In this document: positions 45,913-54,903 of the stretch, piece by piece
Position numbering within the stretch: position 1 is the first letter of the stretch
How the letters are laid out: the number at the start of each line of letters is the position of its first letter
IMG/VR virus record: IMGVR_UViG_3300042755_000021
Coordinates: 1,903 to 65,902 of that record
Reading direction: 5' to 3' (one strand)
Source of the DNA: a virus
Taxonomy: Duplodnaviria; Caudoviricetes
DNA: 64,000 nucleotides
The notes under the pieces: generated by a model
Database searches by the model: none
What the model saw: only the letters and a program-made list of their open reading frames with translations
What the model was told of the DNA's origin: nothing
Program-made: the position numbers and the translations under genes

Positions 45913-46755
45913 TTAGGCTTTGAACACCGCCCATTTAAGTAATCGATCAGCATGCCAAACACAGTGGTAAATTACCTTAGCCTTCGACGCTAGTTCCGTA
46001 TAAGCGCGTTCTTTACAGTTGCGTTTATCCAGATCAATACGTTTAGTTAAAGCGCTACCACGGCAGGGTATAATGAAACTCAAGGTTTCTTCATACAGCG
46101 AAGCCGCATCGAACGGTGTACGCTTAGGTATCGTACCGGTAGGGTAGTTACCAATATACGTCGTATCGATGTGCTGGTTTAACGCCCGCACACGTTCCTT
46201 AGCAACTACCTTAGCCGAACGGTGCTTATCGGCCAGCATCCGGTTAACAATCCGAGTTTTCCCGAGTTGTCGTGGATTCAGCCACGTCGGTATGTTTTCC
46301 CAACGTACATCAAACTCGGCATTAGTACGATGCACTGCTCCTAACGCTGGATGCGGTAATTCACCGTATACACGGGCTGCGTCCAGTAAGTCTCCGATAT
46401 TGCCAATAGTTTTACCAGGTGATCGAGGTTCTACTAAAATAAGTGAACCACGTCCAGAGTCCAGGGTTACCTCGACTTGTGGCTCAGATTTCCCTAACAA
46501 ACGCGCGGCCTTATTTTGAGACGTGGTATGATCTGGTAGGCAGTGCCGTAATGTATCATAGAGTTCAGGCGATAACGTGAACTTGCCTTCAAGTGCCTGG
46601 CTGATTGGCGCCGAAGTATCGCTCAGCATCGACTGGAAATGTATTACCTTATAATTAGGAAAAGCTGCGAGGATATGTGCCCGTAAGCGCTCATATTCCT
46701 CAACACCACTCGTAATCATAATCGTATTAGCGTCGGTACTAATAACCACTGTCAT
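45913..46755 (-). CDS. Hypothetical protein
   Basis: 280 aa ORF ending at terminator. Confidence 0.7.
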   Translation of the reverse strand: MTVVISTDANTIMITSGVEEYERLRAHILAAFPNYKVIHFQSMLSDTSAPISQALEGKFTLSPELYDTLRHCLPDHTTSQNKAARLLGKSEPQVEVTLDSGRGSLILVEPRSPGKTIGNIGDLLDAARVYGELPHPALGAVHRTNAEFDVRWENIPTWLNPRQLGKTRIVNRMLADKHRSAKVVAKERVRALNQHIDTTYIGNYPTGTIPKRTPFDAASLYEETLSFIIPCRGSALTKRIDLDKRNCKERAYTELASKAKVIYHCVWHADRLLKWAVFKA

Positions 46756-46767
46756 GGTAGTATACTC

Positions 46768-47706
46768 TTAGTTAATGAGATTGCCATCTACGCGCATTAG
46801 GTCAGCGATATGCTTCGACCGATGGGTTATAACGGTCGTGCGCCCTGAACCATCTAGGTAGTAGGCGTACTGATGATTGTAATATTTAAACGTAGTAGTG
46901 AACTGGTGTTGCTGCATACAGAACGTTTTGAAGTCCATTGGATCCTGCTTAGCATTTGAGTAGATCTCGTTATACAAACCGATATATACTAAATCAAACC
47001 AACACGGTGTAATCATAGACAGACGATCTAGGTCGCGCATTAAGCCTTCGTCAGGCTCTACTACATCCGATTCGTACGGATAACGCGTACTACCTATCAA
47101 CCGCGCTACCGTATCGAGAAACACCGCCATGAGTTCTTCGTTACCTGACTCACCCAAGAACTGGGTGGGTACGGTATCCCGAATATCATCTAACACCAAC
47201 CCCGCCCACTGACGCGTACCGCTAGAAAACACTACTGGGTATTCTTCACCTTCGTAGACCTCTGCAAATGGCGCCAACGCGCGCTTAATATTAGCGTCAT
47301 CATCCGTAGCGCCTTGTGAGTGTGCATGATCATGCCATGCTAATGCGATAACTATAGTCTGTGCTTCCCAGCGTTGCTTCAGTGTCAACATGCCTACGTG
47401 CCCGTAAGTTAGGTGTTCCAAATACTCATAGTACAAAAACAATGCCATCAGCGTATGAATCTGGTGGTGGTACCCGTTGGTGAAGCAGTGATCAGCGGTA
47501 TCTACTTTATAGTACCAGCCAGTAATGCTGATAGTCCAGTATTTACCGGAGGCAGGGAACAACTCCATAATCATTTTGTTTACAGCAGTTACGATCAGTG
47601 ACATCCGGATGTCGCTGAGATTACACATAATGCCTTTGTCAATAAGGCGCGCGCGTACTGCGTTAATAGCTGCACGTTGTTCGGTGGTGAGTTTAGATTT
47701 AAACAT
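46768..47706 (-). CDS. HD-superfamily phosphohydrolase (PDE-like H..H / HDxxH pattern)
   Basis: GYHHQIHT, AWHDHAHSQG, LMRDLDRL; probable start 47706 (MFKSK). Confidence 0.72.
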   Translation of the reverse strand: MFKSKLTTEQRAAINAVRARLIDKGIMCNLSDIRMSLIVTAVNKMIMELFPASGKYWTISITGWYYKVDTADHCFTNGYHHQIHTLMALFLYYEYLEHLTYGHVGMLTLKQRWEAQTIVIALAWHDHAHSQGATDDDANIKRALAPFAEVYEGEEYPVVFSSGTRQWAGLVLDDIRDTVPTQFLGESGNEELMAVFLDTVARLIGSTRYPYESDVVEPDEGLMRDLDRLSMITPCWFDLVYIGLYNEIYSNAKQDPMDFKTFCMQQHQFTTTFKYYNHQYAYYLDGSGRTTVITHRSKHIADLMRVDGNLIN

Positions 47707-47707
47707 G

Positions 47708-48205
47708 TTAGTATCTCTGGAGTTTGGTAGGGGATTGCCATGCTGGATATAGATCCCGGATAGCATCGATTAGTTTTATCTTAGACTTAGCATATCGCAG
47801 TATACCGTTATCCATACCTTGCAATATAAAGAGTGGATTAACAATAGAGTTATCATCATTATCCTTTAACTTGATATAGAGTAACTCGATATCGTTAGTA
47901 CTAATTAACCGTGCGATATACTCGTTATAAGATTCACCCACACGCCGGGTTAACTGGTGGGTGAGATGACACGTACGTTCGGTGAATCCTGCTGCGCGTA
48001 GCGCGTTATACGTAACGGCGGTATTCTCGAAGACATCGTGCAAATACCCAGCTGCTGTAGCATCATCACTGATCCCTACTACACGACCTACGGCATCACC
48101 CACACGTTTAACGTGGTTGTAGTAAGGTTCTTCACCACCTCGGCGCATTTCAGCGCCGTGTGCCTTTAAAGCAAATGCGCTTGCGCGCTCAGTATACTCA
48201 CTCAC
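47708..48205 (-). CDS. MESH1/SpoT-HD-like small alarmone hydrolase homolog
   Basis: FALKAHG..RRGG.EPYYNHV.RV..YLHDVFENT..LTRR..SY.EYI.RL..IKLKDN. Confidence 0.85.
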   Translation of the reverse strand: MSEYTERASAFALKAHGAEMRRGGEEPYYNHVKRVGDAVGRVVGISDDATAAGYLHDVFENTAVTYNALRAAGFTERTCHLTHQLTRRVGESYNEYIARLISTNDIELLYIKLKDNDDNSIVNPLFILQGMDNGILRYAKSKIKLIDAIRDLYPAWQSPTKLQRY

Positions 48206-48248
48206 GTGCTACACCCTACTAATAACACGATTAATACGAATAATAATT

Positions 48249-48752
48249 TCACGACATACCCTCCGACTGTGATGCCCTATCTTTAAGCGCAGCATTAATA
48301 GCGTGTATAACTTCAGTAATCATAACCGCATCGAACCGCCGCCGCAACGGCAATACCATGGGTATACCTAGCTGGTCTAATAGCTGTGTTAAGGCCAGAC
48401 TTAGCATTACGCGTTCGGCGTTGGTAGCCAATATCGTACCATACGTAAAAATGGTAGGTACGCCTTCCATAACAACGTCATTACGCTCAGTGGCCATAAC
48501 TACAACGTATTGCGTATCGACTGGTGGATCGCGTAGATCATGCACTCCTAGGTAGTATTCTTTAGAGCCAATCACATTTGATTTTTTATCCAGATACACC
48601 TGGATAAATAGATAATCCCCGTTGGCTTCAGTAGCGTTAATAAAAGCCAAGTAATCCTGTAGCCGCGCAGTTGGACTAATAGTCAGATGCATACAGAATT
48701 CAATTAGTTGTCTAAGTGCGGGAGACCCGCGCGATTCGCCTGGTTCGTGCAT
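48249..48752 (-). CDS. Hypothetical protein
   Basis: Co-oriented ORF. Confidence 0.55.
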   Translation of the reverse strand: MHEPGESRGSPALRQLIEFCMHLTISPTARLQDYLAFINATEANGDYLFIQVYLDKKSNVIGSKEYYLGVHDLRDPPVDTQYVVVMATERNDVVMEGVPTIFTYGTILATNAERVMLSLALTQLLDQLGIPMVLPLRRRFDAVMITEVIHAINAALKDRASQSEGMS

Positions 48753-48757
48753 GGTAA

Positions 48758-49048
48758 TTACCTCGATTTGTTAATAGTGCCGTTGATAGGGAGGCGGGGT
48801 TTATAGTCAGTATCCTCCCAGACCGTGGTTTGGGTTTCGATGTTCCAGATATGCGCATCCTGCCCACCGAATATGTTATTAGGGCTGGAGTCGTAGTGTC
48901 GCTGCGCGGCTGCTACGAGCTGTTCGATAGCTTCGTCCTGTGTGGGGTATACACCCACTAGATCGGATATACCGCCTTTGGGATAATAGTTCAGGGATAG
49001 AAACGCCATAAAGGTCGGCTTGGGTGCTACCACGGTATCAGACATCAT
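48758..49048 (-). CDS. Hypothetical protein (YYPxGG motif)
   Basis: NYYPKGGISDLVG. Confidence 0.65.
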   Translation of the reverse strand: MMSDTVVAPKPTFMAFLSLNYYPKGGISDLVGVYPTQDEAIEQLVAAAQRHYDSSPNNIFGGQDAHIWNIETQTTVWEDTDYKPRLPINGTINKSR

Positions 49049-49269
49049 AACCCTCCTGGAAACATATCCAGTGCTAATCGATAAATACCCATGTAGATCA
49101 GTACGATAACCGCCAACCCCATGGATCCCAAAAACAATTTTAACAGCGGCCAGGTCTTTAGGTTACCAGGGATCTTAACAGCTCCTGACTTAGTAAACCA
49201 TCCCGCTATAAAACCCAGTACTGCAAACATAAACAACACCAGGAGTATGAGTCCTATAACTGCCTTCAT
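49045..49269 (-). CDS. Two-TM small membrane protein
   Basis: Two hydrophobic segments; ATGA overlaps on both sides. Confidence 0.65.
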   Translation of the reverse strand: MKAVIGLILLVLFMFAVLGFIAGWFTKSGAVKIPGNLKTWPLLKLFLGSMGLAVIVLIYMGIYRLALDMFPGGL

Positions 49270-49613
49270 GGTAGTAATCCCAGTAGTGTATTAATACGGC
49301 TAAGTTCGTCTTCGGTAAATGCACCGTGTGCCAACTTAACCACTAAAAGCTGGTGTTCGAATGATAGTTTATTAATCCGCACCACGCCATTCGATAGATC
49401 GGCTAATAGTACAAGATCAGTGAGTGCTATACCGCGTAGACCGAAAAACTCCTGTAGTTTAACAACCCAGTCGTCAGATATATGCGCTGTGCCAGACTCC
49501 ATTTTGTTTATGTAAGAAGACGTAACACCCAACTGTAACGCCATATCTTTTAAACGCAGATTAGAATCTATACGCGCGTGTTTAATACGTCTCCCAAACA
49601 TAGTAGTCGGCAT
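49266..49613 (-). CDS. XRE-family HTH protein
   Basis: FGRRIKHARI..LKDMA.QLGVTSSYINKMESG. Confidence 0.88.
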   Translation of the reverse strand: MPTTMFGRRIKHARIDSNLRLKDMALQLGVTSSYINKMESGTAHISDDWVVKLQEFFGLRGIALTDLVLLADLSNGVVRINKLSFEHQLLVVKLAHGAFTEDELSRINTLLGLLP

Positions 49614-49617
49614 TTAA

Positions 49618-50154
49618 TCACTCGTCAGCAGATTCCATGGTAATACACGTTTCCGTAGGCGTTAGTCCAGTGCGAGCCACCAGCTCGTCCATAACCTGTA
49701 CCACGGTATCAGAGCCTACGTACATATCCAGATCCACAGACATAGTAAACTTACCACAGATTGCTTCGATAACCTGCACTACGGTATCAGGGCCTATATA
49801 CATATCCAGATCCAACACCCGGCGGATTACACTGATATCCCAGCCCATCGTTTCAGCGAGGTCGTCCGCATCAAGCTGACGGCGAATCATCAGGTTGTGT
49901 AGCTCTATCTTTAGCGTAACTAAGATACCCAACGCTATAGTAAACTGGCCATCCTTAGGAGGCGTCCACGGTTGTATAGGCAAACGTTGCGCCATTAATA
50001 GGTTTAACTGACGATAGATCTCCTGTTTAAGAAACCGCAGACATTGGTCTCCGTTGTAGGCGCGTACTATCAAATCATCGAAGTCATCCACCCACATCGA
50101 TATCTTACCCGCACCATCTACGTGGCTATTATAACTTACTTTCATTACTGGCAC
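49618..50154 (-). CDS. HicB-like antitoxin with HTH and duplicated C-terminal segment
   Basis: HicB-type N-domain, KIELHNLM..LAETMGW..IRRVLD; DLDMYIGPDTVVQV / DLDMYVGSDTVVQV. Confidence 0.7.
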   Translation of the reverse strand: MPVMKVSYNSHVDGAGKISMWVDDFDDLIVRAYNGDQCLRFLKQEIYRQLNLLMAQRLPIQPWTPPKDGQFTIALGILVTLKIELHNLMIRRQLDADDLAETMGWDISVIRRVLDLDMYIGPDTVVQVIEAICGKFTMSVDLDMYVGSDTVVQVMDELVARTGLTPTETCITMESADE

Positions 50155-50905
50155 CTTTTAGGTTAGTTTCGTGGATAGTAATTAACTCATTAAGACGAGT
50201 CAACGTAGAGGCGATCAGTACCGTACACTGTACCATTTCGCCATCGACGTAATCGGATTCACTCGCGTAGATGATCATCCATGCGCTGTCCGTATCACAG
50301 CAACGCTGCTGATCCACCGCAGATAAAAACACAGATGGATGCCAGGATTCTTTAGCCATCATATCTGCGAACGATAGAAAGTGTGATGTATGCGGGTTAT
50401 GCATAATGGTCAGCATCCGGTGCTCTGGTAGTTTAGCTTCCGTTATCGAAGCGTAAATCTCCTTAGGATCCCAAACGATCAAATAGAACGGTCTAGGCAT
50501 TACTACCGGCGTATCATCAACGATCATGTTGCTACCTACAGTAGCCGTAGCCCGTAGATCGCCGTTAGCTATCGCTTCTAATATATCCACAAACTCAGGG
50601 TCATTACTAAACCAACCCTCCGCAGCAGCGCGTGTAACTAATGGCTCCACATCATCCAGATATTCTTCATCGTTAATGACATACCCGCCTACTGGCATCG
50701 GTATCAACGTACGGACTTGATGTCCTGGGATAGTAGGTAGCACATTAACGAACGACACCACCCCTAGTTTAGAGGCATGCATACCGAAGGTTTCAATTAC
50801 TCGATCGCTTAAATCAGCGCCTACCGCAGCACGGTAGTCTGCAATGGCTTTTTCAGTAGCCGCACTATTACAGTTAGTCCAGATTCTAAAATTAGTGGTT
50901 GACAT
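50129..50905 (-). CDS. Hypothetical protein
   Basis: 258 aa, GAGA RBS. Confidence 0.7.
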   Translation of the reverse strand: MSTTNFRIWTNCNSAATEKAIADYRAAVGADLSDRVIETFGMHASKLGVVSFVNVLPTIPGHQVRTLIPMPVGGYVINDEEYLDDVEPLVTRAAAEGWFSNDPEFVDILEAIANGDLRATATVGSNMIVDDTPVVMPRPFYLIVWDPKEIYASITEAKLPEHRMLTIMHNPHTSHFLSFADMMAKESWHPSVFLSAVDQQRCCDTDSAWMIIYASESDYVDGEMVQCTVLIASTLTRLNELITIHETNLKGASNESKL

Positions 50906-50982
50906 GTTAATGGTCTCGTAAAAATATAAATGGGTAGTTACTGGTAACGAGCGTACATGCGCTCGTTACCAGTGGTAATGGT

Positions 50983-51420
50983 TTAGGCTGTAGCTGCGCG
51001 TTTAGCAGCTGTGCGTAATACGTGACTGACAGCTTCAATATCGCGATTATGGTCAGTTGCTACATATGCACCAATAAAGTTAATAGGCGTAGTAGCATCA
51101 GTACCGCGTGTAGCGGCAAATGATACGACGTCCTCACCTATCTTGGTTTCAAAGGACATCTGAGTCAGTTCGGAGTTTTCGCTCATAGCTTGCTGCATTA
51201 ACTCACCTGCTACTAAGTGCGTAGCCGCTTGGAATGCTTGGCGGTGATCGTGCGTTTGTTTAACCTGAGCCAGTGTCAACCCAGTGCCTTCTAACGTAGA
51301 CTCATACAGGTTATCGCCAGCATTAATCACATCACCGTTAGCAGTCATCAATGGACGGATCTGGGCTGCGATGGACGAAACAGTTTTGGATGGTTTAGTA
51401 ACAGACATGATAGTCTCCAT
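50983..51420 (-). CDS. Hypothetical protein, stand-alone transcription unit
   Basis: GGAG RBS (start MSVTK), AT-rich promoter ~51535, hairpin 50939-50974. Confidence 0.75.
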   Translation of the reverse strand: METIMSVTKPSKTVSSIAAQIRPLMTANGDVINAGDNLYESTLEGTGLTLAQVKQTHDHRQAFQAATHLVAGELMQQAMSENSELTQMSFETKIGEDVVSFAATRGTDATTPINFIGAYVATDHNRDIEAVSHVLRTAAKRAATA

Positions 51421-51565
51421 TAGTTTAAGTAGATGAGCTACACGGACTCAGTTTTATAGTGTATGATAAGCGATGGTAGGCTAACCCTAACATCAGATAA
51501 CCAGTAAACATTTTAATTTAATGGCTGTCCTGTAAATAATATATATGCTAATTATTATAGAATCA

Positions 51566-51603
51566 CGGCATATTACTAAAGGATGGCCTAGGCCATCCTT
51601 TAG
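51566..51603 (-). terminator. Palindromic hairpin + TATGCCG after head protease
   Basis: CTAAAGGATGGCCTAGGCCATCCTTTAG then TAATATGCCGTG on minus. Confidence 0.75.
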
Positions 51604-51608
51604 CGTTA

Positions 51609-52394
51609 TTACCATTTAGCAGACGGCGGCAATATCAACCCAGACGATGTTGTAGCCGGTGTGGGTTTATCCCAACCTAGCGTTTGCATCGTTCGAGTTA
51701 AATTAGATGCGACATCTGATTCCATCCCTAGATTCATACGCTGCGCCATGTTACGCGCTAATACCATATGCTCACGTGTGAAGCTTAAATCCACTACAGC
51801 TTCTAGTGACGGCGAAGCCCATTTATTAGCGATACTAATACCAGGCTCATTAACGTAGTCCCAAGTATAAATCTCACGAATAACTTTTAAGATCCGTCCG
51901 CTAGCATCCAGATAATCGTCCGTAATAGAGCGTATCGAGAAACAAACGTTTTCCTTAGGATCTTCTAGTTGCGCCCGTAATACCTCACCCCGTGGGCCAG
52001 ATGGCTTAATCCACCCAATAATCGTAACAATCGGGTTACCTTGCTTATCCTTAACACTGGTCTTATCGATTTCGATTTTATGGATGTGGCAACATACGTT
52101 AGTCTCATGGATATCCATGATCCGGTACAGGAAATCCTTTTTAGACATCCCTGGTTGGAATTTAGGATGTCCGTATTCCGACCGTAACGTACCCGTAGAT
52201 GCCCGGCGCATTAAAATACTACTGGCTTCGAATAGTTTTTCAACCTCCGGGTTTAGCGGATAAAACTGCCCCGAGCTGTTATAGAAATTCAAAGCCCCTA
52301 AAACAACCCGATAGTATCCCTGCGCATCCGGCTTTAGCGACCCTGTTTTGTTAGTACCTACCAGTGCGTTACACTGGTATGTGATATTAGACAT
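51609..52394 (-). CDS. Prohead/head maturation protease (phiKZ gp175-like)
   Basis: GYY.VVLGAL..NS.G.FY, SEYGHP, CFSIRS, TWDYVNEPGI; synteny. Confidence 0.88.
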   Translation of the reverse strand: MSNITYQCNALVGTNKTGSLKPDAQGYYRVVLGALNFYNSSGQFYPLNPEVEKLFEASSILMRRASTGTLRSEYGHPKFQPGMSKKDFLYRIMDIHETNVCCHIHKIEIDKTSVKDKQGNPIVTIIGWIKPSGPRGEVLRAQLEDPKENVCFSIRSITDDYLDASGRILKVIREIYTWDYVNEPGISIANKWASPSLEAVVDLSFTREHMVLARNMAQRMNLGMESDVASNLTRTMQTLGWDKPTPATTSSGLILPPSAKW

Positions 52395-52412
52395 GCAGTT
52401 ATCCCCTGTTGG

Positions 52413-53138
52413 TTATAGCCGTAAAAGTGTTTCGACGCCTTCGGTAGTCTCCGCTGGATTTACCAAAGCCGACATCATTCCCTCTTCAAAATAAGCACCC
52501 ATGAATTTAGCCGTGGTGTTCGTAGGTCCGTAAATAATACTACGGAATGCAATAAACGCAGGAGGCTTAATGAGCTCGTTCTCGATGTGATCCAATGTGT
52601 GGCGATAGTACTTAGTACGGTCGCCCCTACTCCGGGTAATAGATGCAGCGATCATCTCTAGCGGCGTGTTGTTGGGACCTAGTACTAACCCCCCGTGTTT
52701 AACGGATGATATAAATAACTTACCTAAGTCCGTATAACTAATGTACCAAGGTATATGCCCCTTCGCTACAATCTCATCGTAAATGTAATATACCAAGAAC
52801 GAATCTTTAACAAGATTATAGTTCGGCGTAATCACACTACCTGCATCAAATGTAAACTCGTAATATTCATCCCCATCCAATTTAACAATAGAGGTACTGG
52901 ATGGCGTGATCTGCATCGTTGCATTAGTTAACGATACACCATAGTAGGTATCGTCTACCGTAATAGCATAGATACCTACAATCCGGATTTCGTTGGCGAT
53001 CGAGGCCAGTTTCGTGTTGTTATACCGTGTCGGTATATAGATCCGACACGTCTTACGCGCAATCAACTGCCCTGTATCGGTCTCATACAACGCGTCATGC
53101 ACCTTAGTCGCGTCGCGTTTAAGTTTCGTAATGTCCAT
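52413..53138 (-). CDS. phiKZ gp176-like protein, probable vRNAP beta-prime C-terminal fragment
   Basis: Synteny; PLEMIAASITR and C-terminal segment loosely resemble beta-prime C-terminal regions. Confidence 0.6.
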   Translation of the reverse strand: MDITKLKRDATKVHDALYETDTGQLIARKTCRIYIPTRYNNTKLASIANEIRIVGIYAITVDDTYYGVSLTNATMQITPSSTSIVKLDGDEYYEFTFDAGSVITPNYNLVKDSFLVYYIYDEIVAKGHIPWYISYTDLGKLFISSVKHGGLVLGPNNTPLEMIAASITRSRGDRTKYYRHTLDHIENELIKPPAFIAFRSIIYGPTNTTAKFMGAYFEEGMMSALVNPAETTEGVETLLRL

Positions 53139-53168
53139 AGCCCACCTTGTATTAAACCGTTACATTAA

Positions 53169-54641
53169 TCAGCGTGTCGCACACACAAGCTTAGCCACCC
53201 ACTCAGTAACAATATCGATTACCGCTAATAACCCTGCCTCCCGAATAGATAATTCAGGGTTGGCCTTAGCCACAGAATCAATACGCGTTAATACCGTCTT
53301 AGCATTGGTATGCGGATACAACACATCACACACTAAACCACGGATACATTCGTAGAGATCTGAGATGCAGTCAATACTCACTAGCCCTAAGCAGTGCAGC
53401 AAACGATTCTGTAATGCTTCTGGTGAACGCCCAGCTAACCCAACTTCATCTAAAGCAACGATCTCTTTAGCCATTGAGATTTTAATAGCTGAGATAGTGT
53501 TATTATAGACATTGCTGCGCTGCGCTGATTTAACCATTGATGCACGGCTAGTCCATATAGCGGTATACTCTTCAGCCTTAGCTAAGAGTTGATCATAACC
53601 ATCGTTACGGTCGCTGACCGCTGCACCAAATAAGATCTCTGGTGTGCCACCGGCTTTTAACCAATCTTCGTAAATATCGTAGTTAACGACTAATTGACCT
53701 AACTCAGGCGTACGCACCATGTATTCAGCATTAGGCGCAGGCCAGCGTTGTACTAGTGTCTTAGCGCGTCCAGTACGATCACGGGATTCAAACACACGGT
53801 TGATAATACGGCCAGTGTGGTTTACGACTTCAGCCATCAGCAACTCGTAGCTAGAGAGATTCATGTTAATCCCTTCCAACGGTGCGGCCGCTAATCGGCG
53901 CGCCATCAAATGCACCAACAGCGTACGCTTACGGCCAATCAATCCAGTGTCTAGTGTTACCATGCTATTTAGAGCAGACTCACCTTCTTCATCACGCATA
54001 GCCAACACAAAGAACTGCGTATAGACCTGCGTAACGAATTCAACACCGACTTCTTTAACAAACTTATCGATATCTGCGTCTAGCCGCGTACTACCTGTTT
54101 TCAGTAAAGCTAAGACAGCTTCGCTAGGTAACTGTGGATGGATATTAGCTCCTTCTTTAATTTCAAACGCAGCCGATTGGCTGTAAGGAGCTACTAGATC
54201 CGTTAACAGCGCGTTACTCCAAATCGCTTCGTATTTATCAGGTACTACGGATAGTACAGTGGCCATATTGTTTGGACGCTGACGTAGTTCCGCATGTACA
54301 CTGTCTAACACGCTGCGTATTAACGGATTCACAACGTTTTTAGCTAAGTGTAAATCAAAACGTACTGCTTTGCTAATCACTTCGGTAGCTTTATTTAACG
54401 CGTCATCGTGTAGACAGCGTTTATCCATACCAACATTACCACTGGCTTCAGCCAATCGATAAACGATATCAGATGCGCTGGCTTGATCCACGTAAACAGG
54501 ATCATCCACGAGTGTGTTGTATGATGCATTCATCAAATCACTTAATGGCGTATTACCGCTATAAGGTTCTAGTAACACACCGGATGCTGATAGTTTCTCG
54601 GCGAGTAATGCGGTAGCCGACACGCATGCTGACTTAATCAT
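53169..54641 (-). CDS. Virion head protein (phiKZ gp177-like)
   Basis: 490 aa between vRNAP beta and gp176-like; synteny. Confidence 0.6.
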   Translation of the reverse strand: MIKSACVSATALLAEKLSASGVLLEPYSGNTPLSDLMNASYNTLVDDPVYVDQASASDIVYRLAEASGNVGMDKRCLHDDALNKATEVISKAVRFDLHLAKNVVNPLIRSVLDSVHAELRQRPNNMATVLSVVPDKYEAIWSNALLTDLVAPYSQSAAFEIKEGANIHPQLPSEAVLALLKTGSTRLDADIDKFVKEVGVEFVTQVYTQFFVLAMRDEEGESALNSMVTLDTGLIGRKRTLLVHLMARRLAAAPLEGINMNLSSYELLMAEVVNHTGRIINRVFESRDRTGRAKTLVQRWPAPNAEYMVRTPELGQLVVNYDIYEDWLKAGGTPEILFGAAVSDRNDGYDQLLAKAEEYTAIWTSRASMVKSAQRSNVYNNTISAIKISMAKEIVALDEVGLAGRSPEALQNRLLHCLGLVSIDCISDLYECIRGLVCDVLYPHTNAKTVLTRIDSVAKANPELSIREAGLLAVIDIVTEWVAKLVCATR

Positions 54642-54654
54642 AACGGACTCCTGA

Positions 54655-54849
54655 TTAATTAATTAAGTGCGAATATTCAGATTGTAATTTCGCTACCACC
54701 GTTTCACATAACGCACTACCGTACATATCTGTTCCTTGGAGCTGCGATGAAACCTCTTCACCCACAATTGCTGTTAACACAGATACGGCTAACTCGCAGG
54801 CATTAGCCAGTGTTAAATGGGTGGTTACTTCATTTTGTTTAGTCGACAT
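54655..54849 (-). CDS. Small hypothetical protein
   Basis: GAGG RBS, fills gap. Confidence 0.55.
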   Translation of the reverse strand: MSTKQNEVTTHLTLANACELAVSVLTAIVGEEVSSQLQGTDMYGSALCETVVAKLQSEYSHLIN

Positions 54850-54903
54850 ATTAAGCCTCGTTAATTAGCGGTAGGGAGTATCCCTACCGCCTATAGCCAG
54901 TGT

